Assembly (NCBI GenBank): GCA_013265495.1
Contig: MU058781.1
Span: 248,001 to 312,000, forward strand
Length of the DNA stretch: 64,000 nucleotides
From: Vicugna vicugna
Lineage: Eukaryota
Direction: 5' to 3'
Shown: positions 1-13,700 of the stretch, in pieces
Position numbering within the stretch: the first letter of the stretch is position 1
How the letters are laid out: each line of letters starts with the position of its first letter
Position numbers and translations under genes: made by a program
Notes under the pieces: generated by a model
Told to the model about the DNA's origin: nothing
Database searches by the model: none
The model's input: the letters and a program-made list of their open reading frames with translations, nothing else

Positions 1-2264
1 ATCTTTGAGCACGTCCAAGTGTGACCTTTGCAGACACTTATCCTGGGAAACCTCCGCACACCTGATGGTTCCCATAGCTGGAGAGTAATCAGCCACAGGC
101 TCTAAAGTTCCAGAGAAAAGGGGAGAAGTTAAAAAATCATAACTGACTATACTTCAGTTAAAAAAAAAGTCTCTGCAATGTACCTCAATTCAACCCCATT
201 AATTACAAAATAAATCAAAACTAAATGAACTGGCAATTTCAGCTCACCATTGGAAAAAAATTAACGTATTTCCAAAATTCCAACTTTAAGAAGGAAAAGC
301 CTAGTATTTACAAATAAAAGCAAGGCATTTATTCAACCCCAAAGCTACATTGGCTGGCTGCTTTGAGAAGGCTTCCTAAGCCCACTGGCTGAAAGCAGGT
401 TGAAGACTTCTGACCACCAGAGTTAATTTACTGGATTCACATATATGTCAGTCACTCAAGTAAGGAGGTCAGGTGGAAGGAGTTTTAATAAACACTCCTC
501 GTGTGAGCACCTTAATTTGTCGTCTTCTAAAGGATGGAGAATGGCAGGGCATGTTTGCACACATTCCAACTTTACATGCATTTTTAAGACAATGTGTTTC
601 ATAAAAACCTTATAGAGTAGTTACATCTTGTTAGTAATGGTCCTTCATCTCCAGTCCCTGGAGGGTTCTTTATTCTGGAAAAAGAGTATCCAGGCACCTC
701 CGGGTACTATTTAGGAGAGATGACTGCATGATCATCTACTCCTGTGTCAGTTCAAGTTAAAATATTTTATGGCACTGTCAACATTTGGTCAATAGCACAT
801 AACTTATTGTCATAGTCTATTGCAATAACAAGTAAGTATTTGTCAATAACAATGCAAAGAATAGCTTATCCATCCTGAATCTCTGTATGGGTGAAGCTAA
901 ATCAAATGTCTACAAAGAGAAGAAAGGAAGAGGGTATTCTAAGATTAAATCTGGTTATGGAAGGCATTTGAGATCTCTGTCAATGGGAAGATTCATGCTC
1001 CTAAATCACAGAAAAAGAGAGCTTTGGAGAATGAAGGAAAATAAGTGAAGATTTTCTCAAATAAAGCAAAGGACATTTTTTTGAGTTCTCAAGTTGGGCC
1101 TGCATTTGAAATGTTTTAAAGAATAATTTAATACTTATTCTACATACAGCCTTTTCATAATGAGGTTATTTTTGTGATGCAAATTTTGATGAAAATGGTA
1201 ATGTTTCTGAGCTCGCATCTGCCAGGGATGGAGGAGCGTTTTAGAGTCCAACGCTCTTATTTGGATAGTCATGCATACTGCTGCTCCTTTGCCCTGTTCA
1301 CCTTATGATGGTTCAGGAAGAAAAGTCCTGTATCTGAGCCATCGCTGGGGCTCTGAGAAATGGATGGGATATTTGCATGCTCTTTGCCCCCTAGACGTCA
1401 AATGCATTTTACACTATTAGCTTCTGAGACTCCGCAAAGCACTCTAAGGCACTAACTCCCTGAAACGTGATCAGATCATAAAGCCTGAGAGTCAGAAGGG
1501 CATCTGGGGCCATCTAATCCCCCACCTCTGCGTAAAATAAGACTCCTCCCTCCAGCCTGTGGGCTGGCCCAGAGTGGTCTCCAGGAATGGGTCTGTCTCT
1601 TCTTTGCCGGGCAGATATTCTCATGGATGCTAATACGCTAAGTGTGAAAGGATTTCCTTCTTTCACTGGTGCTGGTTCTGACCATAATCACATCTATCTA
1701 CTCTCCCCCATCATAATCCTTTAAGATAGCTATAAACTCCCCCTCCCCAAATTTCCTTCTATTTCTCTTTATAATGGTTCCATATATAGTGTGGTTTCCA
1801 GACTCTTTCCAATCTTGGTGATGCTGTTCTGAATGTAGTTCAGTTTTCTATGGTACCTCTTTTCACTTGAAGCCTTATCTTCCATATGTATTTTGACCAT
1901 TGATAAGCAAGGGGCCTCACCTTTGTTTATCCCAGCACTGTCTGTAATTACAACATCAGTTTGTCTTGTTATTAGTTATTCATGACTGAGATTGATGGGG
2001 CACTGGCAACATGAGCTCTAGAAAGAGGGAGCCAGGTCTCCTTTTTTTTTTTTTTTTAAAAAAAACAAAGATGGGGACACAGAAATGTCACCAGCATAGG
2101 AACTCTCAGACGTGAACACAGGCACAAGTCCCACTCAGAGAAGAGCACATGGAGCAAGCCTGAACCCAGGGGCAGTGCAGAGCTGCAGCAGAGGACATGG
2201 AACACTGCCTGAGAGTCTGGCTAGAAGAAAACTTCATGGATTAAAGGTACAATTTGAATCATAA

Positions 2265-2480
2265 CAATAACCCAGGGCTGCTCTTTAACTCTGTGTTTCA
2301 GCTACTTGGTACATTTTTGAATCCTATCACAATCCTGAGGGGTAGGTGTCCTTATCTTTATTTCACAGTTGACGAAACTGGAGCTCAGAGTAGTCAAGTT
2401 CACGGCCACGGTCCTCCGGCTCGTCAGTGGTGAAGCTGGAATCCAGGCCGGCCAATCTGAGTCTGGAGCACTTGCTCACA
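2265..2480 (-). mobile_element. MIR SINE
   Basis: aatcctatcacaatcctgaggggtagg...acagttgacgaaactggagctcagag core. Confidence 0.7.
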
Positions 2481-2939
2481 ACAAGCCTGTAGGGACGGCT
2501 TCCTCTCCTTGAGATTCGTTTAGGGATCCAGGAGCAGTCCCGAGTGGGCCCATAGAGCTCAGTGGCCCAGACGTAGTTAGAAGCACGGGCTGTGAGGTCT
2601 TGGGACCAGTGGAGCCTGAAATTCACTACTGACCTGCAAGGTGATTCACTACTGTGCCAGTTAAGGTGACGTTACTGGATTGAGAAAGCGACATGCAATG
2701 CCTTTTACAAGACACGCTGCTAACCATCCTTTGCGTCCCATCTCGGAACAACTTAGGCTGTTGGTTTCAGTGAAGAAGGTTAGCATTAAACATGGGCTGA
2801 AAAACAAAGTTACGTCAAAGGAATTCTCTCCTCCACCCACGCTAAACAAACGTAATGAGAAATTCAAAGACTTCTAAAAATAAACCACTGAAAACTGACA
2901 ACTCACTACTTTTTAGGAATAACAATTCGAATTATGATT

Positions 2940-3165
2940 ATTTAAGCCAACGGTTATTATGAGCCCTTCATGGCTTTTCATGAATTAATGTATTTAATGC
3001 TCATAATGACTCCATGTCCTGGGGGCTACAGTTGTCCTCATTTAAAGTTTGGGTAAACTGAGGCACACGTAGGTTAAGCGGCTTGTCAAAATCAAGCAGT
3101 AAGTCACAGAGCTGGGCCTTGGATCCAGGTATCTCCAGAGCCCCCATGTTTTTTATCCCTACATT
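2940..3165 (-). mobile_element. MIR SINE
   Basis: aaactgaggcacacgtaggttaagcggcttgtcaaaatca core. Confidence 0.7.
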
Positions 3166-6100
3166 ACAGAGTCTTTCTATTTTGCATCATGATATTTTTT
3201 CAATCTCTTGAATATTTCCTGGGGAAAATGCTCCTGCGGGGCACCAGAATAAGCCCCCACTGATCTGGAGGTGAGCCCCACCTTGTTGCCTGGTTCTACT
3301 CAGATCTTTGAGTCTCTTGGATAAAGGTGGGGGTTTGTCCACAGAGATTCCCTTTAATGGTGGATGCAGGTTCAAAAGATTCCCACAGGCATGGGAACAC
3401 CCTGGTGTGGGGCTGGTAGTTTTAAACCCTGAATGTAACTAAGAGATTCCCTTGCTAATTTGGGCTCTTTTTCCTTACACAAATTCTTACCCAGTCAGAA
3501 ATATCAGATGCCTAAATGCATATCTCTCAAAAGTCTGTTCTACGGTAGTCAGCAATGCGACGGCTATTTTAGGGGTTATTTTGTTTCTATGACTAACTTC
3601 CATCCACCTTCTCTTAATTTCATTGACTTAAATTTTCATTAAGGCTCTTCCCCAGAAAAATAACTTATTCACTTATTTGGACTTTTCATTATTGAAAGAG
3701 TACTTGAAAGAATTACTGTTGTAGTAGTAATGATGGTGATGATGCTGGTATAATGATAATGTTTCAGAAGAAATGAGTAAGGAAATCGTTTTAATTTCGG
3801 TCGCTTTTCTATTTTCTTTCCTCCCTCTCTGCCTGGGCCTATGTTTATTGAACTTCATAGATGCCAAGGCAGCATTTGTAAAAGGGGATTTATTTAACTC
3901 TGGGTGAGTTGTACAAATGCAATAATGCAGCCCAACTCTTGTTTAATTTCGAAGGTTTTCTCCGAGACAACATTGCTCATAATGGACAGTTCAAGCAAAA
4001 TTATCCATTATTGTTCCCAAAGTTTACAATTAAACTATCGATCAAAACTGACAGTGATTCCTCCAGCAGCCCGAGCACAGAGACCGCCGAATTGCATCAG
4101 AACCCGAGTGTGTCAGGCCAGAAGAGGGGGATGCCAGCAGACAGACAGCAGATGGACGGACAGACGCACCCTCCACCAATCGCCCTGGGATCTTTTTCTT
4201 GAGCCAAGAAACAGGCTGCAACCGGGGGTCTGTAGGTAGTGTGTGCGTGCGGTTTTAATAGCGAGAGGTCCCTGCAATTGTGACCCCCATCCCTGGCTGT
4301 AAAAATTGGAGTGTAACAGGTTCGGCTCCATAGGGAACCAACCTTAGCTTTTAGGCTCCTTCAGACACTGCAGAATGCATCTTTTCTGGGGAATTCCACA
4401 ATAAAATGACTGTTATTTATCATTACAAACCTCTTTATCATTTAGTCAATAAAAGGCCTCTCTGCCTCTCACTTTTTTTCCTGTGGCGTGCTCAGAGTCA
4501 GAAATCGGTATTAGTCGCTCCTGGCCTGAAGGCAGGAGATGTCAAAAGCTAAATCATGATCTACCCTGGCTTCCTGGCTAAATTGTGTATGAAGGCCTGA
4601 GGCGAAAAGGTGCACATGCTCATTATTTGAAACACAGATTTTTTCCCCCCTCTTTTAGTTTTTCTTTCTTTTTCTCTTTCTTCTTCTTACATATTGAGAC
4701 ATATAATAAATATAGGTAGAGAGATAACTCATAAGACATCGGACGTGAAGCAAGGCAACCAGAGCTTAATGTAGTTTTTGATCAAGGAATAAAAAGTGGA
4801 TTGTCATTTAAACAGAAAAGAACAGTGGGTTTCACCTCTTGAACTTTAAGATCATAGTGAAAAAAAGAAGAGTGCTGTTTGTGATTGGATGTCAGTAATA
4901 GGTGTCTTCAGAATCGAGGGAAAACTCAAGGAAGTCAGGTATTTAGTTATGCATTCACTGTCAGGGTTATTTTTATCTGTGCAGAGACGCAGAGGCAGAG
5001 TTTCTGCCGTGGACAGGGAAGAGGGGTCCACGCCTTTGCACCTGCAGACAGGTGTTGCCTCCGGGATTCCCTCACCTCCTGCAGCACGCCAGTGCTGGCC
5101 GTGTGGCATGAGGTGCCAGGGGCACGAAAGGTCAGTAGGAAAGTCAGGGTAGAAGTGCCATCTGTGGGGTAGTTTAGGTAAAGCCAACTATCCTGGGTAC
5201 GTTCTGAAGCATCTCATTTTACCAAAAAGTGCAATTTGGTGGTCTTACATCTCCTCTTCCTTAAATTGCTGTGGGTGTGCTCTCTCCGGACTTTTACATC
5301 GGCTGGATAAGGACACCACACGCCTTCAGTGTCTTACTTACACCACATGTATTGTGAGCTTATCCTATGTACCAGGTGCTTTGCTGGCGATGGGAATACA
5401 GCTGTGACCAAGTAAGGGATTATCCAGCATGATAAGGTGAGGCCAGGAAAAGCTTTTAATGACCGCAATTATCGACACCCATGTTCAACCAGTTCATTTA
5501 TAAGAGGTCAGTTTAAAAATAAAGAAATAACCTCTCACTACTTCTGTTGCTCAAATCTTGGTATTTCCTTTGTATATAAAATTCCTGAAGGAAATAACAC
5601 CTAGAAGCATGGAAACCAATATTTTTAGAGCTGAAAATCCTTTTGAGAGATTTTGTTCGATACTCTTATAGAGGAAGAAATTAAGGCTTCCAAAGAGAGA
5701 CAACAAACAAAAACCAAAAATGTTATGAACATTCAACTAGCCGTTTTGGCCTAGGGACTGAAACTCGGATTCCTGTCCATACCTCCAGCTCCTTTCCGTG
5801 GTGATATTTCATTCTTATCCTTTTTGTACAGCGTTTACTGAAGAAGCATCCAATTTGCTTGGTGGTGACGAGAAGACAGAGGGGGAAGTGGTGTGAGTGG
5901 TAGCAAAGACTTGGCTTGTTGTCATCATTTGTTCATCTGCGTTCTTAAGGATGAACATGAATGTACACAAGTCTAGGCTGGCTCAACTGGGGAGGTCAAT
6001 TCAGCTGCAGAATATATTTATATTTGGTACGTGTGTGTGTATATATATATTTTCTTTCATTTGCTTTGCTATTGGGCAGGCCCTGAAATATACTGATGCC

Positions 6101-7839
6101 TACTTATCCCTGACATAACACGGACAGAGATGAAAAGTGTTCGCTCTAATTCTGGCCTTCCAGCCTTGTGTGACTGGCCTGTGATCTGCTCTTGAACATA
6201 ATCTCCAGGATAGAACAATCATGTAGAATTCTAATCTGCAAAGCAGAAGACCCACTCCCCGAAGAATGGAGTTTTGAACTGGCCCCTGCTAATCTTCGAG
6301 GCTATGGAAATAAGTCTTGGGGGAGAAGCGACCATGTTCCATGAAATCCATGAGCACGCAGAGCAGAACTTCCATTTTTGATGGAAATCGACACGAAGTC
6401 AAGCACGTTCTGCCTCTTCTCATCAGAACATAGAACTAAGTGCCCAGAGCAGATCAGCCACATGTAGTTATTAGTTTATTTGTATCCAAAATGGCCTGGA
6501 ATGTTTTTAAATGTTGAAACGTTTATTACAAAAAAGATTGCTTCAGACTGAAACCCCATCTTCTCATCTCGGAGTACAATCTTATGACAGGTTATAAACC
6601 ACTTAAACATGAGCTAGTTTGTGATAAGAACGCAACTGGAAGGCTTAGCAGCATCTGGCTGCAGCTCGAAGCACATAAAGAGAACTGCAGCAGATCTGGC
6701 TGCTTTTCCATCCAGAGCATGGCATTTAAATTGCTCTTACCTTTAAAGAGCGCAGGATTGAGAAAAAGAAAAGAAAAAAAAATATGTATACGTATATATT
6801 TTCGTTCCTCTCATCTTTTTTTTTTCTTTTTTCCTTTTCTGTTCTTTGATGCTATTAAAAAAGGAAAAAACATTCTGGCTTGAGCCTGCCAGCTCTAACT
6901 TGCAAACTACAAGAGGCTTCATGTTCTAAGCAGTTGAAAAATTATTGGAATCATTTTCCAAACTTATAATTATTCCTCCTTTATCATTAAATTCTAAGTC
7001 CACATCTAGCTATTGCAGGGACACAGACCTGGGGCCGCGGCTTTTCCATAAAACCAGCAGAGAGCAAAATTCTAAGCATGAGTTTTCTTTAGGGGTCTCT
7101 CGCTTTCCATCGTCCAAGTGTGTATTTCTCCTTCAAATCAAATGATGGCCCGCTTGGCCTCGTGTGGTTTCGCGTTTACTCACGTGTGGTCGTGTTTCCT
7201 GACAAAGTGGGCAAAGACCTACCTCAGAGTGTCAGATTGGTTGGTGGCATTTGAGCATCTCTGTCTGAATTTAAGAGCATAGTTGTGGTAGGTGGTGCTG
7301 AAAACAGCACGGCAACCTTCCGTGGTGGGGAGGGACTGACTTTCTCTGCCGTGTGTGGGTGTGGGGGTATCTCAGTGTGACCTTGGCACCCAGCTCTGCC
7401 TCACCATCACAAGCCATAATTCCCTTTTGAGAGTGCGCACTGTTTGAGAGAATGGTGTTCAATAAATGCTTTTTGGATTAAGTTTGACATCTTGATATGC
7501 AAAAATAGACTATTCAGACTGATAGCACACAGGGATGCTATTTTGAACAATTTACAAACTTTTTCTACTTCAGTATTTAACTTCATACATTTGTTGATGG
7601 ACCACACATTTGAGGCTGAACAAGACTGTCCCCGCATAAGTCCCGAAAGATGTCAATAAACCTTAAATATTTTTAAAATACTCAGCAGGCTTTTAGGTTC
7701 TTATTCTGGCTAGATACATTTTACATTATTTACATATAAAACATACACACATGTTTTATTTAAAGTTCCCATTCTGGTCAAGGCAGTTCCCTCAGTCTGG
7801 AAATTCCCCTACCATTCAGTTCCCTCAGTCTGGAAATTC

Positions 7840-8225
7840 TGGTGGACGGTATTATTGTACTCAACAATCATCACATCTTCCAGTAGAAAGCTTCGTACTC
7901 AGTCACTGCCATGTGACTGTCTTGTGAGCTCCAGACTCTGGTCTTGGTCTTGTGACTTGCTTTGCCAACGACAAATGAGCTGGTGGTCCTGAGACATGTG
8001 CGGTAGAAACTTGATGCCCACTGTGTGTTTTTGCCAGTTCTCTTACTTTTTTTCCCTGCCCTGAGAACAGCATGTCCCAAATAGGAAGTGTTCCTTCAGT
8101 CCAGAATTTTAAATTGTACAGAGAAGGACCACAGAAACCTCAGCTTCCAGAATTTGAACTGACTGAGAAGTAAGCAGCCACTCAAATTAGGGGGTAATTT
8201 ATCTTGTAGCAGAGATGACTAGTAG
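7840..8225. mobile_element. Old MLT1-like LTR
   Basis: ccatgtgact...tgtgacttgctttgccaa...agccactcaaattaggggg...gtagcagagatgacta. Confidence 0.55.
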
Positions 8226-8587
8226 CCTTGTTAGTATATATTTTTAGAACGGATAATTCGACTTTCAAGACACAGGGATACAAAGAAGAAAAATAAACAA
8301 AAAGTCATTATCCCCCAATTTAGATGACCTTTGTTAATATGTATCTACCGTTTAGAAACATCAAGCTGAACAGAAAAAGAACCTATTTTCAATTTATAGT
8401 TTATTATAGGATAATATGTACCTTTCATTATATTTCTTTAGCTATATTATGATAGTTATATATCATTAAATAATTTGCCCTCGTGTTTTTATGTATTGTT
8501 TACCTGAAATTCCTGCATGTAGTTAATATTTGAAAGAGATAAAAGATGCCAAATAGGTATTTTATTATATTGATTATTTACTTTTCA

Positions 8588-8790
8588 AAAGGAGAACAAT
8601 CTCAAATAAACAATCTAACCCATCAGCTAAAAGAATTAGAAAAAGAAGAGCAAAAACCCCCAAAAGTCAGCAAAAGGAAGGAAATAATAAAGATCAAGGA
8701 GGAAATAAATAAAACAGAGATTTAAAAAAGAAAAAGAAAAAAATGGATCAAACCCAAACCCAGTTTTTTGAAAGAGTAAATAAAATCAAG
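8588..8790 (+). mobile_element. Internal L1 ORF2 fragment (region downstream of the endonuclease domain) flanked by a 13-bp direct repeat
   Basis: From 8591 it translates GEQSQINNLTHQLKELEKEEQKPPKVSKRKEIIKIKEEINKTEI, then an FFERVNKI-like stretch, both typical of L1 ORF2; tatttacttttca at 8575-8587 and 8791-8803. Confidence 0.88.
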
Positions 8791-10189
8791 TATTTACTTT
8801 TCAGAGCTGAGTACACTGCCAATGCTTAGAAGATCTATGTTAGGGAAGCATGTTTCTCTACAAAGAAGTTGAGACTTGTTATTCTGATTTTCTTTTTGCT
8901 TTATTTCCTATAAACTAAAACAAATTTCCATTCCACCATGAAGGAAATGACTTTGCTTGCTTTGTTATTGTTTTGTTTTGGCAAATCATCATTTAAGAAT
9001 TTGAAATTGGCCTGACATTTTATTCCAAAAGATGGGTATCTTTAGAGAAATTTCACTACAGTTCCAAACCTCTTATACCTAGATTTTCGTGATAGGTAGG
9101 TTTGAAAAGTAATGCCAGCAGAAAGTCTTTCCTTTTATTTCTCTTTAAAAAATTCTTTACATCTTGCTTGTCAAGGGCTGTTTAATTAGTGAGGGTCCAT
9201 TTCACTCTCTGCATGCATGTTGCTATGCACGTGCAGAGTGTCATATTCACAAACCTTTTGTCTTAGAACAGTTGAGGAAGAACCGCTACCTGGCACTGAT
9301 GGACACAGGTGATTGAGGATTTTCTGAGACCTAGAGAGTGTGTATTTCAAAGCTGGATCTAGTTTTCAAGCATTCTACACATAAGCTGTCAATATTGACA
9401 GAGATAGAAAAAATAAACACATATATATTAAGTTATGTGTATGCATATATAGTATAAATAAACATATAGAGTTTGCAAAGTAAAAGTGCCTGTTACATTC
9501 TCTTGGGCTGTAATCATCCCAGACCTTGTACGTATTTCGAGGGTCCTCACAGCTGACAGAAGACTCTTCCTGGAGTGGATTAGGATACTTATAAGGAATT
9601 TAATGTCGTTTTCACCATGATAAGGTCCAGTTTTGTAAACGTGTACTATCAGTCCAAATTCATTATGCATCTTTGAGTATAGGAGCTATGTCTTATTCAT
9701 CTGTATCTTTACATCTCTTGTACAGTTCTTAGCTTAAAGTGGTTCTTTTGATAATGCATGATAATTGTGATAATGGGGTGTATTACTATTACATTGGGCC
9801 AATATGAATTACAAGGAAATCTCAACACATAATTGCAGAGGCTAGTAGTCTTACACTTTGAATATTTAAAGGAAAAGAGGATAAACTGATTAAATTTGTA
9901 ATTGATTGTTTCAGAGAGTAGAACAAAAAGAGATCAATTTCAGCCCACTGCACATGAGTTTTCTAATATGCAGACTTTCCAAGTTACCGTGCATTGGGCG
10001 TTCAGCTACCCATTCACTGGAGAAGTTGGATCCTTACACTATGCTTCAGGTTAAACTAAGGGCCTTGTCCAGTTTCCTCCAACTGTTTTATCTTTTCTAA
10101 CTCAATAGACTATATTATATATGTATAGAGTACAGGGATCATGTTTTATATCTCATGGTACCACTAGTCTCTCAATTTTGCCCTACAGA

Positions 10190-10515
10190 GCAATTGCTTA
10201 AGAAATATCTGTGGAGTGAAATGAAAGGACGCTCTGCAGAGATGAGGCAAGTTCAGGAATAGCACATGGTTCACTTGTTGTGGGACTGGGAAGAGCTTGA
10301 CCATCAGAAGGAACAAATGGAAGGTGGTATCTTTCTAAGGGGCATGCAGTGGGAGGTATCTGGGCATGCGGTGCAGATATAGAGAGGAGAAGATTGTGGG
10401 TTTGATTTTGGACTAGCTGAGATTGCCGTGTCTGGGAAAGGTGGACATTAGACACGTGGGTAATGGGTCTGGAGTCTGGGAGGGAACTCCAGCTTGGAAA
10501 GCTACAATTTGGCCA
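10190..10515 (-). mobile_element. L2 fragment
   Basis: gggtttgattttggac...tgggtctggagtctgggaggga...tacaatttgg pattern. Confidence 0.55.
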
Positions 10516-10519
10516 ACCT

Positions 10520-10700
10520 GAGGTTCAGTCTTGGCATCAACACTCACTAGCTGTGTGCCCTTAGGCAAGTTATTTCACTACTTTAGTTCTCAAGTCTGAT
10601 TTGTAAAAAAGGAAATGAATAATTTTGCCCACGTTTTAGAGTTGCTATGAAGATATTCTCATAGTGCCTTCTACCTAGTTAAGTATCATTTAGTGCTGGT
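10520..10700 (+). mobile_element. MIR SINE
   Basis: cactcactagctgtgtgcccttaggcaagttatttcac core. Confidence 0.7.
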
Positions 10701-11952
10701 TTTTTTTTTTAAACACTGTAGTTATTTTTGTTATTTTTTATTCTAGCGAGATTTGACTCAGTCAGGTGAGGGCAGAAGCCATTATACAGTAGTTGAAGCA
10801 ACTAAGATGGTTGACTAGTTCGAAAAACCTGAGAATTAGAGAGATAAGATTATAGTCGATGCAAGCAAAGAAAAACTTTTTCTAAGATGAGAGTAATGAG
10901 CATTCTTCTATGCTGAGAAGGAGCCTGAAAAGAGGAAAAGTTGAAGAGATAAAGGAGTTGAGGGAGCAGGGTCTATGAAATGAAGAGGTGAGTGAATGAG
11001 GGGCCAAGGTCCCAAGTAAACCTAGAGGGATGGGCTTTGTCTAGGGGGAGGGGTATCACCCTTTGGTGATGGAGGGTCAGGGGGTGGGGGGGTGGGCAAT
11101 GGGAGGAAAGGGCTTTTTAGCTTATCATGTCTTCAACAATTGAAAATAATTAAATTGTCTTACCAGTGTTCCAAATTTGGATTATTTTTATTACTTTATA
11201 AAGGGAATTCCTCACTCTTTTCAAGAGACTTGATCACACACTTGATTTTCCAAATAACTTGGAGCTAAGGAGGTAGTGGTCGATATTGTACCACTTTATT
11301 AGTAAAGAAACAGTAACCCAGAAAGAATGTGGCTTCTCCCAGCTGAGGAAGGTCCCTGCCAGCCCTGTAGCTGCACACAAAGCCCGTCCACTTCCGTTCC
11401 CCCACCTGCCATTTGAGTCCGTCATCTGTTGGCTCTGACTTCACCCTGAGACCTTACTTTCTACCTCTGATTCTAGGTTTGGTATCTGAATGTTCCCTCC
11501 CCTCATTGGACCTTGGCTTCCTCCACAGTTTTTTCCTGGCTGACCTTCTGGATTTTATCTCTTGTTTGTCTTACGTAATAACCTTGGATTCAGGCCTGCA
11601 GTGTCTAAATCCAGACCTGTCACATGGCTAGAACCTGATCAGACCAGCCTTGAGCCTCTTTCTGCGTGGTAGAGTCAGTATGGTTTTCATTTACAACTGC
11701 TTAAGGTCAGAAACCGAATCAGGAGTTAGGTCTTCTAAACCCCCGGGAGCCGAGACATATATCACTTTAATGTACATTTGTAGGTACTTATATCAGCCAG
11801 TTTTATGGAACAAATATTAATGGAAAGTTCTGCAATTTGAAGCTTCTACAATTTGAATAGGACTTGGCTACTTCTCCACAGAGAGTGATGCAAATGATTA
11901 GCTGATCTTTTCCCCATTCGTTTGTATTTTCTTACTCTTTTTGTGATGCTTT

Positions 11953-12118
11953 TTTTCTTGTATTGAAGTATAATCGGTTTACAATGTTGTGTCAATTTCT
12001 GGTGTACAGCATAGTGATTCAGTTATATATACACACACACATATATATACGTATACGTATACGTATACGTATACGTATACATACACATATACATATATTC
12101 CTTTTCATTTTCTTGTAT
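11953..12118 (-). mobile_element. Short L1 3' tip containing an expanded microsatellite
   Basis: attgaagtataatcggtttacaatgttgtgtcaatttctggtgtacagcatagtgattcagtt; ttttcttgtat repeated at 11953-11963 and 12108-12118. Confidence 0.8.
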
Positions 12119-13484
12119 CCTCCTATTTCTAAAGCTAAATTCGCTTAACTTGCTTGGACAGAGAGGTTGCCTGTATTTTGACTTCTTTGATTATCACCTC
12201 TGCTCTCTGACCAGTTTGGATGTTTTCAGACCGTGTGCTGCTCAGAGTGTTAGCATGGCGTTTGGCCAAGAAGACTCTCCCTCCCACACTCAGGCAGTGC
12301 TTCTAGCCAGCTCACATGCCCCAGTGTCCAGGACGGTATTATTTAAATTCTGACCTTCCTATCCAGTAGGTATGCAGGAGGAGTCGGCTAAATTAATGAG
12401 TATTGAAATTATAACATTGAAATACTACTTATCTTTAGCCTTGATCATTTTATTGCTGAGAAGTATGCAAAGAGAAGTTAAAAGTCCCCAGAGTCAAATT
12501 CCTATCACCTATACCTAAATTCCAAAGGAGCTGGAAGACGAGGACCAGAATCTATTCTATAGAAAAACTGAAATGATAGGCCGTCACGGGTAAGTAGGTT
12601 TAGAGCAAAAGGGGCCTCAGCCTCAGACTTTCACACGTATTAGAACAGAACTGAGACACTGTAATTGTGCGGTTACGTGACAGTCTAAAGTCGCCACAAT
12701 TTGATCTTTCCTGTAGAAGAGAAAATCTTCCCACGTTCGCAGGTGATGTCTGGGCACTGGGACCCCTAGTTTCTTTTCCAGTTGTTTTCTTTGACATCAG
12801 CTATGACTTTGACTAACCTTCCTCTGTTGTACCAGACATCCAGGATTACAGTTACTGTAATAAACACTGTAAAAAAAAAAAGAGTCTATTAAAGCTATTT
12901 GAATGTGCTATTAAAAATAAGAGTATTTTTCAACTCACTGTCTGTTTAAGGCTTTATATTTCAGATTCGACCCTGTTCCAAATGTTCCTTTCTCTTCCAC
13001 AATTAAAGTCACTTCTTGTTTCTTTCCCAATAAAGAGGGAACAAACATGATTATATTGTTGAGTGTATTTCCTTCTTTCACCAAGTTCATAAAAGAAATG
13101 TTTATGATTTTTGTCTGATTATAAAAATATATTACAGAAAATTTAAAAAGCATGAAGAACATATTAAAAAAAACTGATAATTCCATTTGGGGGAAATAAC
13201 ATCTTTATTGATATCCTTGCAGATAAATAACAATAAACTTTTATATTACCATAGAAATAATCCTTGAGTTAGTTGAATTTCATCTTTCTATATGTCACTT
13301 TTAATAATACAGTATTTTATCAATGTATGATCTTCAATTTCTTGAGCCAATTTATTATGGGTAACCACTTAAAATTTTTAATTCTTTTATAATAACTCTA
13401 TGGTGACTATTCTAGTAAATAAATCTTGTGTATTTACCTGATTTATTTCTTAGTATAAATTTATACAAATATAGGAATGATGTT

Positions 13485-13700
13485 TAGAGTATAATGATTA
13501 AGATTTTGGCTTTTAGACATGTAGACTTGTGCTGAATATCAGTTCCATCAAAGAAGAAAAACCACACAAAACAGATGATGTTATGAGATACCTACTCAGT
13601 CTTAATCTCTCTGAGCTTTAGTTTCATCATTTATAAAATAGGAGTACTTATGTTTACCTCTGAGGATTATCAAAGGCAATAAAATGAAGTTTAATAATGT
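13485..13700 (+). mobile_element. MIR SINE
   Basis: cttaatctctctgagctttagtttcatcatttataaaatagg core. Confidence 0.65.

Noticed and set aside
3904..4239. Overlapping ORFs of 111 and 97 aa
   Set aside because: No recognisable product or convincing exon boundaries; the motif content fits a non-coding element better.
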